Positions 36,348 through 46,236 of a stretch of 64,000 nt of DNA are shown one piece after another. Position 1 is the stretch's first letter, and each line of letters begins with the position of its first letter. The DNA is from Candidatus Spongiisociaceae bacterium (lineage in GTDB: Bacteria; Actinomycetota; Acidimicrobiia; Spongiisociales; Spongiisociaceae). The notes beneath the pieces were generated by a model. It saw only the letters and a program-made list of their open reading frames with translations, was not told where the DNA came from and made no database searches. Made by a program: the position numbers and the translations under genes. The DNA lies in NCBI GenBank assembly GCA_965219685.1, contig CBDCOH010000002.1, forward strand, positions 4,256,001 to 4,320,000. The letters are read 5' to 3'.

Positions 36348-37721
36348 CTAATTGCCGGGCTTCGCGTGACGGCCGTATCCGGGTTCCCCCTTGACGGTCC
36401 CGTCACCGTATACCTCGTTACCCCTCAGGAAAGTGCGTTCGACGGCCCCGACAACCCGACGCCCGTCATATGCGGTCCATCCGATCTTGGACAGCACGTC
36501 CTCGTTGCGGATGGTCCACTCCTTGGCGGGGTCGACGATCAGCAGATCGGCGTCGAAGCCCGGCCGAAGGTATCCCTTGGAACCGATGTCGAAGGACCGG
36601 GCGGGTGCTTCGGCTATCAACTCGACCACCCGTTCGACGGTGAGCTTGCCCTGGTTGGCGGCATCGAGCAGCAGCGGCACCTGGTGCTGGACTCCGGGAG
36701 TGCCGGTATGGGCGGCCCACATGTCCTCCCAGCCCACATCTTTCTCCGCCCGGGTATGGGGCGCGTGATCGGAGGAGACCATGTCTATGGTTCCATCGTT
36801 CAAGGCCTCCCAGATGGCGGCGCGGTGGTGGTCGGGCACCCAGTAGGACAGGCAGTAGGGCCCGAGTTCGAGCACGTCCTCCCACGTGCTGAGGAACAGG
36901 GCCCAGTGGTTGACCTCGCCCGTGACCGGGATGCCCTCGTCCTTGGCCCGGCGGATCATCTCTATCCCCTCGGTGGTCTGGACGTGGACGATGTGGAGGC
37001 GGCAGCCGGTGGCCTTCGCCATCCGCAGCAGGGTGGCGGTGGCGGTGTCCCAGATGATGCCGTCGTAGGCGGCCAGGGTCTTGGCGTATGCTTCCGGGCT
37101 GCGGTCCCCCCTCTTCCAGTAGCCCTGCTCGACGTGGTCCATCAGGGCTTGGTCGTGCGGGTGGACCATGAACACGCGGCCCGTTTCCTTTACGTCCTCG
37201 AACATCTGCAGCAGGTGGCCGTGGTCGTGGATACCCGTGCCCGCCGGATGGGGATAGGTGCGGCCGGTGTCCACCACCATATACACCTTGAAGGCGGCCA
37301 CTCCGGCCTCGGCCATGGCATCGGTCTCGCCATGGGTGGGTACCGGGTTGTGGTTGTAGTCGACGATGCTCTTGGCTTTGTAGAGGTCCAGGACTTCGTC
37401 TAGGTAGGTCCTGGTCACGGTGGGGGGATCGAGGTTGGGCATCCCGAAGATCGTGGTTACGCCGCCTGCCGCCGCAGCTTCGGTGCAAGTGATCAGGTCT
37501 TCCTTGTGGGTATAGCCTGGTTCGCGGGTGTGAACGTGAACATCCACCATGCCGGGCAGAACCAGTTTGCCGGTGGCGTCCACCACCCGGTCCGCCTCCG
37601 CGCCGGTACCGCTACCAGCGGCGACCTCGACTATCCGCCCGCCGGAGACGAGGATGTCCGCCCGCCGCCGACCCGAACCGGACACGAGAGTTCCTCCGAC
37701 TACGGCCAGATCGTAGGTCAT
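36348..37721 (-). CDS. Cyclic amidohydrolase (dihydroorotase/allantoinase family)
   Basis: PGMVDVHVH, AAAGGVTT, FKVYM, HIVH, SDHAPH, GFDADL. Confidence 0.9.
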   Translation of the reverse strand: MTYDLAVVGGTLVSGSGRRRADILVSGGRIVEVAAGSGTGAEADRVVDATGKLVLPGMVDVHVHTREPGYTHKEDLITCTEAAAAGGVTTIFGMPNLDPPTVTRTYLDEVLDLYKAKSIVDYNHNPVPTHGETDAMAEAGVAAFKVYMVVDTGRTYPHPAGTGIHDHGHLLQMFEDVKETGRVFMVHPHDQALMDHVEQGYWKRGDRSPEAYAKTLAAYDGIIWDTATATLLRMAKATGCRLHIVHVQTTEGIEMIRRAKDEGIPVTGEVNHWALFLSTWEDVLELGPYCLSYWVPDHHRAAIWEALNDGTIDMVSSDHAPHTRAEKDVGWEDMWAAHTGTPGVQHQVPLLLDAANQGKLTVERVVELIAEAPARSFDIGSKGYLRPGFDADLLIVDPAKEWTIRNEDVLSKIGWTAYDGRRVVGAVERTFLRGNEVYGDGTVKGEPGYGRHAKPGN

Positions 37722-38644
37722 GATGTCGCTCCAGGGTCATGGTTGATCGTTACTGGTTCTCTTCGCAGGTGCGTGCTGAACCAGTCGGTGATCTGGGGGA
37801 TCACCGTGTCCGCGTGCTGCGCGTAGGCGCCGTAGTGGGTGGTGTGGCGCTGCATGAGCAGCTTCTTGGGAGGGCGCGCGCGCTCGTACAGGGCCACCGC
37901 ATGGTCGGTGGGGGTAACAGGGTCGTCCTCAACCCCGATGATAAGGAGGGGGGCATCGTCGATCCTGCTGACCGCTTCGATCGGCTTGTACGCGAGTATC
38001 CCGTCCACGCTCCTTAGCTGCACCCGGGTGGGCACGCGGGAGTCCACGTCCTTCTTCACCTTCGTAGCCCTGCGCTCGGGTGTCTGCAGCATGATGTCCT
38101 CGCGAGGATGGACGAGCGCACTCTTCCCCGTCAGGACCCGGTTCGTACGGTCGGCATGGAGGGACTCCAGCAGTTCGTACCATTCGTACTCGCGGCGCAT
38201 CCGCCGCAACCAGTCCTCCCCGTCGGCCACCGGCACCTGCGAGACGGCGCAGCGGATGCGGGAGTCAGCTGCGGCCAGCATTATGGCGTTCCCGCCGCCG
38301 GTTCCTCCGCTCCCGAAAGTGCCGATGCTGTCCTGGTCGACATCCGGCCGTGACGCCATGTAGGTCACCGCGTTGATCAGGTCCTCCAGCTGGCGGGAGG
38401 GCAGCAGGAGATCGCTCGCTCCCTCCGAGGATCCGAAGCCGCGGTAGTCAAAGATGAGCACCGCGATGCCGGCATCGGTGAGGGCTTCGTGGTAGGGGAG
38501 GTAGAGCCGAGCGTCCTTGAGGCCCAGCCAGCCGGGTCCCTGGACCACCGCTGCGTAGGGACCGTCGCCTGTCCGGTCGGGGAGCCGGAGGAGTGCCGAG
38601 ACGCGCTCCCCTTCCGAATAGAACGAAACATCCTCGGCCCTCAC
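37718..38644 (-). CDS. Alpha/beta hydrolase fold protein with atypical nucleophile elbow
   Basis: FDYRGFGSSEG, GTFGSGGTGGG, EDDPVTP, THY. Confidence 0.85.
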   Translation of the reverse strand: MRAEDVSFYSEGERVSALLRLPDRTGDGPYAAVVQGPGWLGLKDARLYLPYHEALTDAGIAVLIFDYRGFGSSEGASDLLLPSRQLEDLINAVTYMASRPDVDQDSIGTFGSGGTGGGNAIMLAAADSRIRCAVSQVPVADGEDWLRRMRREYEWYELLESLHADRTNRVLTGKSALVHPREDIMLQTPERRATKVKKDVDSRVPTRVQLRSVDGILAYKPIEAVSRIDDAPLLIIGVEDDPVTPTDHAVALYERARPPKKLLMQRHTTHYGAYAQHADTVIPQITDWFSTHLRREPVTINHDPGATS

Positions 38645-38764
38645 CGTCTACCCTTCGCCGCCGCTCACACCGGGGGAGTATAGATAGCCCGATATACGGT
38701 ATACAGGTGCCGGATGTGACGTGCCAGGTTTCCGTAGAAGCCACTATCTGCTGTCCACCATCCG

Positions 38765-40033
38765 CTAACCACAGATTTCGGCGATGCACTGCGCATAGAC
38801 CTTGGTGCAGCTGACCAGGTTGTCGATGGAAACTATCTCCCCGTACTGGTCGTACACGTCGTAGACGCCGTCCTTGCGGATGCCGCCCGGACCGTAGGTG
38901 AGGGAGGGCACCCCGTATTCGTGGAGTATCGACGTATCGGCCGAGACGTCGTAGCGGTACGGTTCCACTTTGCGGGAGGGCTCTCCGAACACCGCGTGAT
39001 GGGCACGTCCCACCGTCTGGACCAAGGGCTCGTCATCGGTGATCTCGTAGCCGTTCCGGCACAGGAAGAAGGAGAGTTCGGTCTCCAGTTCCGGGTCGTC
39101 CTCCCGGAGGTCATCCAGGAACCCCCTGACCTGCCGGTGGATATCCATGATGGTTGCGGTGGGAGGGAAGCGGAAGTCGAGGTACAGGGTGCAACTGCGA
39201 GCCGGGTTGACCGCCGGCTGGAAGGGGTTCCCACCCCGGATCGCCCCGAATCCGATTCTCGAACCCATAGTCGGATGAGCGTGCGAGGCGGCGAACTCCG
39301 GCTCCCACGCCCGGAAGGCGTCCAGCACCCGGACCCCCTTGTCGATGGCATCGTCCCCGTGCTCCTTCGACCAGGTGTGGCGGGAGAGACCTCGTGTGGT
39401 GACCTTGGCGAAGATGTAGCTCGAGTTGCCGGTCTGGACCCTCAGGCCGGTCGGCTCGCCGATGATCGCCGCGTCCGCCACGACTCCGTGCTGGGCGGCG
39501 TACATGGTGCCCCAACCTCCGGCCCGGTAGGCCGGTCCGGAGAACTCGTCGGTGGGGGACTTCTCCGTCTCTCCGATCACGCCGGCCACGATGATGTCGC
39601 CCCGGATTTCGATGTTTGACTCCTGCACCGCCCGGATCGCTCCGTGGTAGGCGGCGAAGGCCGACTTCATGTTGGACACCCCGAGACCGTAGATCCACCC
39701 TGTCCCATCAAGGGTCGCCTTGGGAAGCAGCCCGAACGGCATACCCGGATCCTTGCCGGTCATCCCCGTGTCGAAGTGGGCTCCGAGCAGGAGGCTCCGG
39801 CCACGGCCGCTACCCCTCAGGCGGCCGATCACGTTGTAACGGTCGGGTTCGACCTCCTGCAGTTCGATGTCCATCCCGTCGATCTCCCGGAACCGCTGCG
39901 CCACGTAGTCGGCGATCGCGCCCTCCTCCCCTGTAGGGCTGGGAATGTCCACGAGGTCGCATGTCATGCCCACCATCTCGTCCCGGAGGTCGGGGGTGAA
40001 AGCCGGAAGCAACCGGTCGAGTAGTTCGTTCAT
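38765..40033 (-). CDS. M20/ArgE-fold enzyme, NaaA-like aminohydrolase subtype
   Basis: SPTGEE, HFDT, GVSNMK, GETEKSPTDEF, GEPT, GAIRGG, PSLTYGPG. Confidence 0.85.
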   Translation of the reverse strand: MNELLDRLLPAFTPDLRDEMVGMTCDLVDIPSPTGEEGAIADYVAQRFREIDGMDIELQEVEPDRYNVIGRLRGSGRGRSLLLGAHFDTGMTGKDPGMPFGLLPKATLDGTGWIYGLGVSNMKSAFAAYHGAIRAVQESNIEIRGDIIVAGVIGETEKSPTDEFSGPAYRAGGWGTMYAAQHGVVADAAIIGEPTGLRVQTGNSSYIFAKVTTRGLSRHTWSKEHGDDAIDKGVRVLDAFRAWEPEFAASHAHPTMGSRIGFGAIRGGNPFQPAVNPARSCTLYLDFRFPPTATIMDIHRQVRGFLDDLREDDPELETELSFFLCRNGYEITDDEPLVQTVGRAHHAVFGEPSRKVEPYRYDVSADTSILHEYGVPSLTYGPGGIRKDGVYDVYDQYGEIVSIDNLVSCTKVYAQCIAEICG

Positions 40034-40170
40034 AGTCGGGGTCTCTCTTCTATCTCGTAATGCTCGGGTTACGCAGGCAACGCGGTGGGCCTGCCGCCCG
40101 GTCGACTAACAAGGCTCGACCGGGTGGAGCGGCTGCATCCCGGTCGTCTGAACCTTCTCAAGCAGGGACT

Positions 40171-40572
40171 TCAACCCGCCCAGCCAACCAATGCGTCGAT
40201 GCTTATCTGGCCGGGACCCTGCATGAGGATGACCACACCCACGATGATGAGCGTGAACGGCCAGTCCCACCCATCCACGAAGCCCTGCTTCCACTTCACC
40301 ATCGGTATCGCCAGGATGAGAACCAGGATCAACGGGATGACCGCCACCCGGGTCGCCAGACCGACGACCAGCAGGATGCCGCACAGGGTCTCGACATATC
40401 CGGCAAGCAACGCCACCGCGGCGGGGTAGGGGACCCCCTTGCTCCGCAAGAGGTTCTCGGTGCGACGCGGGCCGTGGCCGGTGTCGGCGCTTCTGAAGAT
40501 CTTCGGCCATCCATGCGCTATGAAGACGGCACCCATCGTGGCCCGCAGCAACCCTATGCCGAGGTCCTCCAC
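40171..40572 (-). CDS. DoxX family membrane protein
   Basis: LLR...FIAHGWPK, E...G...GLATR, GPGQISID. Confidence 0.88.
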   Translation of the reverse strand: MEDLGIGLLRATMGAVFIAHGWPKIFRSADTGHGPRRTENLLRSKGVPYPAAVALLAGYVETLCGILLVVGLATRVAVIPLILVLILAIPMVKWKQGFVDGWDWPFTLIIVGVVILMQGPGQISIDALVGWAG

Positions 40573-40666
40573 CGTTTCTCCTCCCGCCGTCCGCCACTCC
40601 GGAGCTCTGCTAGCGGCCTATCCGGCCGGTGGATCGTGCCCGCCCCGCATCGGATACTCTAACCGG

Positions 40667-41533
40667 GTGAAGCCCCCGCCCTTCAGCTACGCCTCGCCGA
40701 CCACCGTTACCGAGGCAACCAACATGCTGGACCGAGATAGTGGCGGTGCACGCGTGCTCGCGGGGGGCCAGAGCCTGATTCCGATGCTTCGCCGGCGCCT
40801 GGTAGAACCCGACACGCTGGTGGATCTCCGCGGGATCAACGCCCTGCACCGTATCTCCTTCGACGGGATCTGCACGCTCCGGCTGGGGGCGATGGTCACC
40901 CACGTCGCCATCGAGCGATGGGCTTCCGACCATGGGGAAGTTCTCCTCACCGATGCCGCCGCGCATATCGGTCACAGTTCGGTCAGGACTATGGGCACCG
41001 TGGTAGGAAGCCTGGCCCACGCGGATCCCGCAGCCGAGTGGAGCGCAATCGCCCTCGTCCTCCAAGGTGTATGCGACGTCGCCGGACCGGACGGAGAGCG
41101 GCAGGTGGCGATCGGCCGGTTGTTCACCGGCCCGTACTCGACCAGCCTTGGCCAAGCGGAACTGATCACCTCGTTGACCCTCAACCTGCCCGGTCCCGCG
41201 ACCGGAGCCGGCTTCGCGGAGGTGGCGCCCCGCCGAGGTGACCCGGCCGTGGCCGGTGCGGCCGCTGTTGTTGCCCTCGACGGGCCGGAGGTGAGGAGGG
41301 CCCGCGTGGCTCTCATCGGCCTGGCCCCCACCCCTTGCCGGGCGCCGTCGGTCGAAGCCGCCCTCACCGGCCGCCCGGCCTCGGTCGGCGTCGAAGCGGC
41401 CGCGCAAGCCGTGGAGGACGACACATCTCCATTGGGAGACATCCACGGTTCCGGGGACTACCGCCGGCGGGTGGCGCCGGTCGTGGTCACCCGCGCCCTG
41501 AAATCGGCGCTTGGCCGGGCTACGAAGGGCTGA
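40667..41533 (+). CDS. Mo-hydroxylase FAD subunit (CoxM-like)
   Basis: KPPPFSY, LAGGQSLIP, GSLAHADPAAE, DIHGSGDYRR; TACTCT -10 lies 6 nt before the GTG. Confidence 0.92.
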   Translation: MKPPPFSYASPTTVTEATNMLDRDSGGARVLAGGQSLIPMLRRRLVEPDTLVDLRGINALHRISFDGICTLRLGAMVTHVAIERWASDHGEVLLTDAAAHIGHSSVRTMGTVVGSLAHADPAAEWSAIALVLQGVCDVAGPDGERQVAIGRLFTGPYSTSLGQAELITSLTLNLPGPATGAGFAEVAPRRGDPAVAGAAAVVALDGPEVRRARVALIGLAPTPCRAPSVEAALTGRPASVGVEAAAQAVEDDTSPLGDIHGSGDYRRRVAPVVVTRALKSALGRATKG

Positions 41534-41535
41534 TC

Positions 41536-42021
41536 GTGAACCAGTCCGTCCAGGTCACGATGCTCGTGAACGGCGTCGAGCACACCCTGGCGGTAGAGCC
41601 CCGCATGGTTTTGGCCGACGTGTTGAGGGAACGCCTCGATCTGCACAGCATCCACCTGGGATGCGAGGAGGGAGTCTGCGGCGCCTGCACCGTGCTCGTG
41701 GACGGGGAGCCGGCTACGTCGTGCCTGGTCCTGGCAGTGCAGGTGGAAGGTCGATCGATCACCACGCTGGAAGGGTTGGACGGCGAGGCGACCATGACAG
41801 CCTTGCAGACCTCCTTCCATGAGAACTTCGCGCTCCAGTGCGGCTTCTGTACCCCCGGCATGCTGGTGAACCTGTTCTCCCTGCTCGAGGAGCGGGCAGA
41901 GCCCCCGGCTCCCTCCGAGGAAGAAGTTCGTCTCCGCCTCAACGGAAACCTCTGCCGGTGCACCGGCTACCAGAGCATCGTCGCGGCGGCTTTGCAGGCG
42001 GCCGGGCGGGAGGATCCGTGA
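41536..42021 (+). CDS. Mo-hydroxylase 2Fe-2S subunit (CoxS-like)
   Basis: GCEEGVCGACT, QCGFCTPG, GNLCRCTGY. Confidence 0.94.
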   Translation: MNQSVQVTMLVNGVEHTLAVEPRMVLADVLRERLDLHSIHLGCEEGVCGACTVLVDGEPATSCLVLAVQVEGRSITTLEGLDGEATMTALQTSFHENFALQCGFCTPGMLVNLFSLLEERAEPPAPSEEEVRLRLNGNLCRCTGYQSIVAAALQAAGREDP

Positions 42022-44426
42022 CGGCCGGCACGACCTTCGGCAAGCCGGTCCTCCGCCGGGAGGACGGCAGGTTCCTCAAGGGCAAGGGGGTCTACGTACC
42101 CGATGTCGTGTTGCCCGGTACGGCGGAAGCGGTCGTCGTGCGCAGCCCCCACGCTCATGCCCTGATCAGGGATCTCGACGTCTCAGAGGCAACCGTTGCG
42201 CCCGGCGTGGTCGCGGTCGTAACCGCCCGCGACCTGAGCGATACCGGGGTCTACCGGCCCTACCACAAGTCGCCGCCCGCATTCGCCGACCTGCTCCAAC
42301 CGCTCGAGAAGGGCCACGACGTGCCGCTCCTGGCCGCCGAGCGGGTGAGGAGGGTCGGCGAACCGGTCGCCTTGGTCGTGGCGGAGAACCGCTACCTCGC
42401 CGAGGACGCCGCCGGGCTGGTACGAGTCGATTACGAACCGCTGGAGCCGGTGGTGGACGCCGAGGCGGGCTTGCGGCCGGATGCTCCGGTGATCCACGAG
42501 GAGTTGGGGGACAACGTCCAGAGCCGGGTCAGGGTGGCGGTCGGCGACCCGGAAGGGGCAATGGCCGCCGCCGATCACACCGCCACGTTCCGGTTCACGA
42601 TCCGGCGCCAGATCGGGAGCCCGCTGGGACCCAGGGCCGTGCTGGCCCGGTTCGACCCGGAGGAGCGTCGTCTGGCTGTCTGGTCCGCCACCCAGATGCA
42701 GCACCTGGCCCGCAAGGTGATCGGGGGGATTCTCGGGCTTGCCGAGGACCGGATCCGGGTCGTCTGCCCGGACATGGGCGGCAGCTTCGGCGGGGGCGTC
42801 TACTACGAGGACATCCTGATCCCGTACCTGGCCCGCCGGATCGGCCGCCCGGTGCGCTGGGTCGAGGACCGCAGGGAGAACCTGGTCAACGCCCGCCACG
42901 CCCGTGACCAGACCCACGATGTCGAGGTCGGGTTCGACAGCCGGGGCCGGGTCCTGGCCCTTCGCGACCGGATCCTCGTCGACATGGGCATCGCCAACTT
43001 CTACGGGCTGGTGGTGCCCTACAACACGATCTCGCATCTGAAGAGCCAGTACCGGATCGACAACTACGAGGCGGAGGCGACCTGCGTGATCACCAACAAG
43101 ACTCCCAACGCCCCCGCCAGGGGAGCGGGGCGGGTCACGGCTGCATTCGTGATCGAGCGGGTGCTGGAGAGGGTGGCCCGCCGGCTCGACCTCGATCCGG
43201 CCGAAGTGAGGAGGATCAACCTCATTCCCTCCGATGCCATGCCCTTCGACACCGGGGTGCCGTACCGGGACGGGAAGCCCTCGGTGTACGACAGCGGCGA
43301 CTTTCCCGCGCAACTCGAGATGGCTTTGGAGGGGATCGGCTACCACGACTTCCGCGCCCGCCAGGCCCGGCTTCGGGCCGAGGGCCGCTGCGTCGGGATA
43401 GGTATTGCCGCTCACATGGAGGGAACCGGTTTCGGTCCCCCCGAGAGCGCCATCGTCAGGGTTGACGGATCTGGAGGCGTGACGATCCTCAGCGGCTCCA
43501 ACAACCACGGCCAGAGCCACGAGACCACCCTCGCCCAGGTGTGCGCCGACGTGCTTGGCGTGGACATCGACACCATCACCCTGCGGGACGGCGACACCGC
43601 CCTGATCCGCCACGGAGGCGGCACGTTCGCCAGCCGGACCGCGGTCACCGGGAGCATGGCGGTGACGGGCGCGGCCGGCAAACTCCGTCAGAAGGCCATC
43701 GAGATCGCCGCCCGCCTCCACGGACTGGATGCCGGCGGACTGACCGTGATCCGCGGGGTCATCCGGGACGGGTCCACCCGGATCATGACGCTCGCCGACG
43801 TGGCCCGGGTAGCGGGCGACGAGGCAGGGGACCTGGCGCGGCCGGCTGTGGAAGCGTGCTTGGAGGCGATCGACTCCTTCGCGTCGCCCACCGTCACCTG
43901 GGCATCGGGAACCCACGTCGTCACCCTGGAGGTGGATCGTGACACCGGACACGTCAAGCTGGAGCGCTACGTAATCGCCCACGACGCGGGCAACATCATC
44001 AACCCGGCGGTGGTCGAAGGCCAGATCGTGGGCGGCGTGGTGCACGGCATCGGCAACGCACTGTCGGAGGAGGCAATCTACGACGAGGCCGGCAACGTGC
44101 TCACCAGCAGCTTCACGGACTACCGGCTACCGCGCGCCATCGACGTCCCACCCATCGAGGTTCTCCACCAAGAGTTCCCCTCCGCGCTGAACGAACTCGG
44201 GATCAAGGGCTGCGGCGAGGGTGGAACAGTGGGGGCGCCCGCCGCCATCGTCAACGCCGTCGAGGACGCCCTCCGCCCCCTAGACCTACGGATAACCGAG
44301 ATGCCCCTCCAACCGGAGAAGCTACTGCGATACATTCATGAGGCCGAAGCAGCGTCCCGCATGGCAGGTCCGCAGCGCAGCTTGACGAGTAGTCCAACGG
44401 ATCGGACGACCGGCAATTCTGCTTGA
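42018..44426 (+). CDS. Xanthine dehydrogenase-family molybdopterin subunit (CoxL-like, not form I CODH)
   Basis: RREDGRF, GGSFG, PARGAGR, HGQSHET, GTFASR, GQIVGG, KGCGEGG. Confidence 0.92.
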   Translation: MTAGTTFGKPVLRREDGRFLKGKGVYVPDVVLPGTAEAVVVRSPHAHALIRDLDVSEATVAPGVVAVVTARDLSDTGVYRPYHKSPPAFADLLQPLEKGHDVPLLAAERVRRVGEPVALVVAENRYLAEDAAGLVRVDYEPLEPVVDAEAGLRPDAPVIHEELGDNVQSRVRVAVGDPEGAMAAADHTATFRFTIRRQIGSPLGPRAVLARFDPEERRLAVWSATQMQHLARKVIGGILGLAEDRIRVVCPDMGGSFGGGVYYEDILIPYLARRIGRPVRWVEDRRENLVNARHARDQTHDVEVGFDSRGRVLALRDRILVDMGIANFYGLVVPYNTISHLKSQYRIDNYEAEATCVITNKTPNAPARGAGRVTAAFVIERVLERVARRLDLDPAEVRRINLIPSDAMPFDTGVPYRDGKPSVYDSGDFPAQLEMALEGIGYHDFRARQARLRAEGRCVGIGIAAHMEGTGFGPPESAIVRVDGSGGVTILSGSNNHGQSHETTLAQVCADVLGVDIDTITLRDGDTALIRHGGGTFASRTAVTGSMAVTGAAGKLRQKAIEIAARLHGLDAGGLTVIRGVIRDGSTRIMTLADVARVAGDEAGDLARPAVEACLEAIDSFASPTVTWASGTHVVTLEVDRDTGHVKLERYVIAHDAGNIINPAVVEGQIVGGVVHGIGNALSEEAIYDEAGNVLTSSFTDYRLPRAIDVPPIEVLHQEFPSALNELGIKGCGEGGTVGAPAAIVNAVEDALRPLDLRITEMPLQPEKLLRYIHEAEAASRMAGPQRSLTSSPTDRTTGNSA

Positions 44427-44775
44427 TCATCGGTAAATGACAAGATCGGCCGGCAATCTTCCATCAGCTGGTTTGAACCTCGGGTCAGGTGGAGTTCGGC
44501 TGCCACCCGGCACCCTTGAGTAGGACCGAGTCGGCGACGCGGATGGGCAGCGACGACCATCCGACGGGGCAGACCCAGAGCGGGGGGTCGGCTCGATCTG
44601 ATCGCCCCGCACGGCGAAACGATTCCAACTAAGAGCGTGCGCGGATAGCTCCTGACCTGGGTAAACACACGACCGCCGATAATCGAGTCACTGGTTCTGA
44701 CCAGGGATTTCGAAGTCCGATCCAGTGTCGACACACTGACAGCGACCACGGAAACCCCACCTATCCGCGCATCCT

Positions 44776-46236
44776 CTAAGACCCTCGATCGTCAACTGTG
44801 TCCAGCAACAGCGGTGGACGGTAACCCCCTGCGGCTGTCTCGTAGGCAGCCGCAGCGCGTAGCAACTGCGGTTCTTGGAGCCGGTGAGCCGAGAGCTGCA
44901 AGCCGACCGGGAGGCCGTCGGAATGGCGGCCGGACGGGAAAGAGATGGCGGGTACACCGACCACGTTCCAGGGCAGGGTTAGCCGCGTGGTGAGGCGGCT
45001 CTGCGCCCCGGGCTGATTCAGGTCGATGTACCTTCCACCACCGATCCCCACCTGCCGGGAGTCGATGGGGAAGGCCACCGTCGAGTTGCAGGGGGTGAGC
45101 ACGACGTCCACTGTCTCGAACACCGTCGCAATCGTGGCGCGCATCTCGTTACGCAACTGCATACCCCTGCGTTGGTCGGCCGCTGTGACGAACTCACCGG
45201 CCAGAATGCGGAAGCGGATCTCCGGGGTGGCGAAGCCGTCAGGACGCGAAAGGGCGTATGGCAGGAGAACAGCCTGTGACTCGTGCTGAGCGGCCGCCAG
45301 CGCCAAAGGGATCTCGTAGAAGGTCGACAGGTCGACTTCCTCCACGGTCGCTCCTAGACCCTCGAAGACACGGGCCGCCTCGCGGACAGTCTCCTCGATC
45401 CCGGGCAATGCGTCGTCGAAGAAGAAGGAGGAAGGGACGCCCACCCTCAGACCGCTCATCCCACTTGCCAGGCCGTCCTGGTAGGAGCCCTCGAAGCCGG
45501 CACGGATGGACGTCGGATCTTTCGGATCGTATCCGGCCATGACGTCCAGCATGGTTGCGGCATCGCGGACCGTCCGGGCTATCGGGCCGATCGTGTGATG
45601 CCACGAACTGGTGGGTGGTAGCTCCCCGAAGCGGCTGGCCAGTCCGTGGGTGGGCATCAGACCCACCACGCCGCAGTAGGAAGCCGGGGTGCGGATCGAG
45701 CCCCACCCGTCGGTGCCCACCGCAGCCCACGCCATCCCGGCGCTCACCGCCGCAGCGGACCCTCCACTCGAACCGCCGGGTATGCGGGCCGGGTCCCACG
45801 GGTTGCGCACCGTACCGAAATACATGTCCTTGCAGGTGCCTCCCATGCCCCACTCGTGCATGTTGTTCTTCCCGAGCACGATTGCCCCGGCTTGCCGGAG
45901 GCGGGTCACGACCTCCGCATCGAAGTCGGTCGTGTGATCGGCCCACAGCACCGACCCGTTGGTGGTCGGGTGGCCGGCTACCGCCACGTTGTCCTTCACC
46001 GCGACCGGAATCCCGTGCAAGGGGCCGCGGTAAGCACCTTTCCCGATCTCGACTTCGGCGACCTGCGCTTCGGCCAGGGCGTCTTTCGCAAGCACAGTTA
46101 TGAAAGAATTCAGAAGGGGATCCAGGGTCCGGATCCGGTCGAGCACTGCCGTGACCAACTCGACTGGTGAAACCTCCCGGGACGAGATACGGGGCGCCGT
46201 CTCGCTGATGGGGGCGATCGTGATGTCGTCGGTCAA
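44776..46236 (-). CDS. Amidase signature family enzyme (GatA/AtzE-like)
   Basis: GPLHGIPVAVKD, GGSSGGS, GTDGWGSIRTPAS. Confidence 0.92.
   Translation of the reverse strand: MTDDITIAPISETAPRISSREVSPVELVTAVLDRIRTLDPLLNSFITVLAKDALAEAQVAEVEIGKGAYRGPLHGIPVAVKDNVAVAGHPTTNGSVLWADHTTDFDAEVVTRLRQAGAIVLGKNNMHEWGMGGTCKDMYFGTVRNPWDPARIPGGSSGGSAAAVSAGMAWAAVGTDGWGSIRTPASYCGVVGLMPTHGLASRFGELPPTSSWHHTIGPIARTVRDAATMLDVMAGYDPKDPTSIRAGFEGSYQDGLASGMSGLRVGVPSSFFFDDALPGIEETVREAARVFEGLGATVEEVDLSTFYEIPLALAAAQHESQAVLLPYALSRPDGFATPEIRFRILAGEFVTAADQRRGMQLRNEMRATIATVFETVDVVLTPCNSTVAFPIDSRQVGIGGGRYIDLNQPGAQSRLTTRLTLPWNVVGVPAISFPSGRHSDGLPVGLQLSAHRLQEPQLLRAAAAYETAAGGYRPPLLLDTVDDRGS

Noticed and set aside
42183-44045. Long antisense ORFs (also 5208..7106, 26718..28286, 49329..50804 and others)
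   Set aside because: Typical high-GC shadow ORFs opposite well-supported genes, with no motifs
40667-44426. Aerobic CO dehydrogenase (coxMSL)
   Set aside because: Gene order fits, but the AYxCSFR motif and accessory cox genes are absent
44427-44775. 350-bp gap between the Mo subunit and amidase as a gene or ncRNA
   Set aside because: No convincing ORF, motif or recognisable structure by eye
44776-46236. gatA
   Set aside because: No gatB nearby, and the context is catabolic
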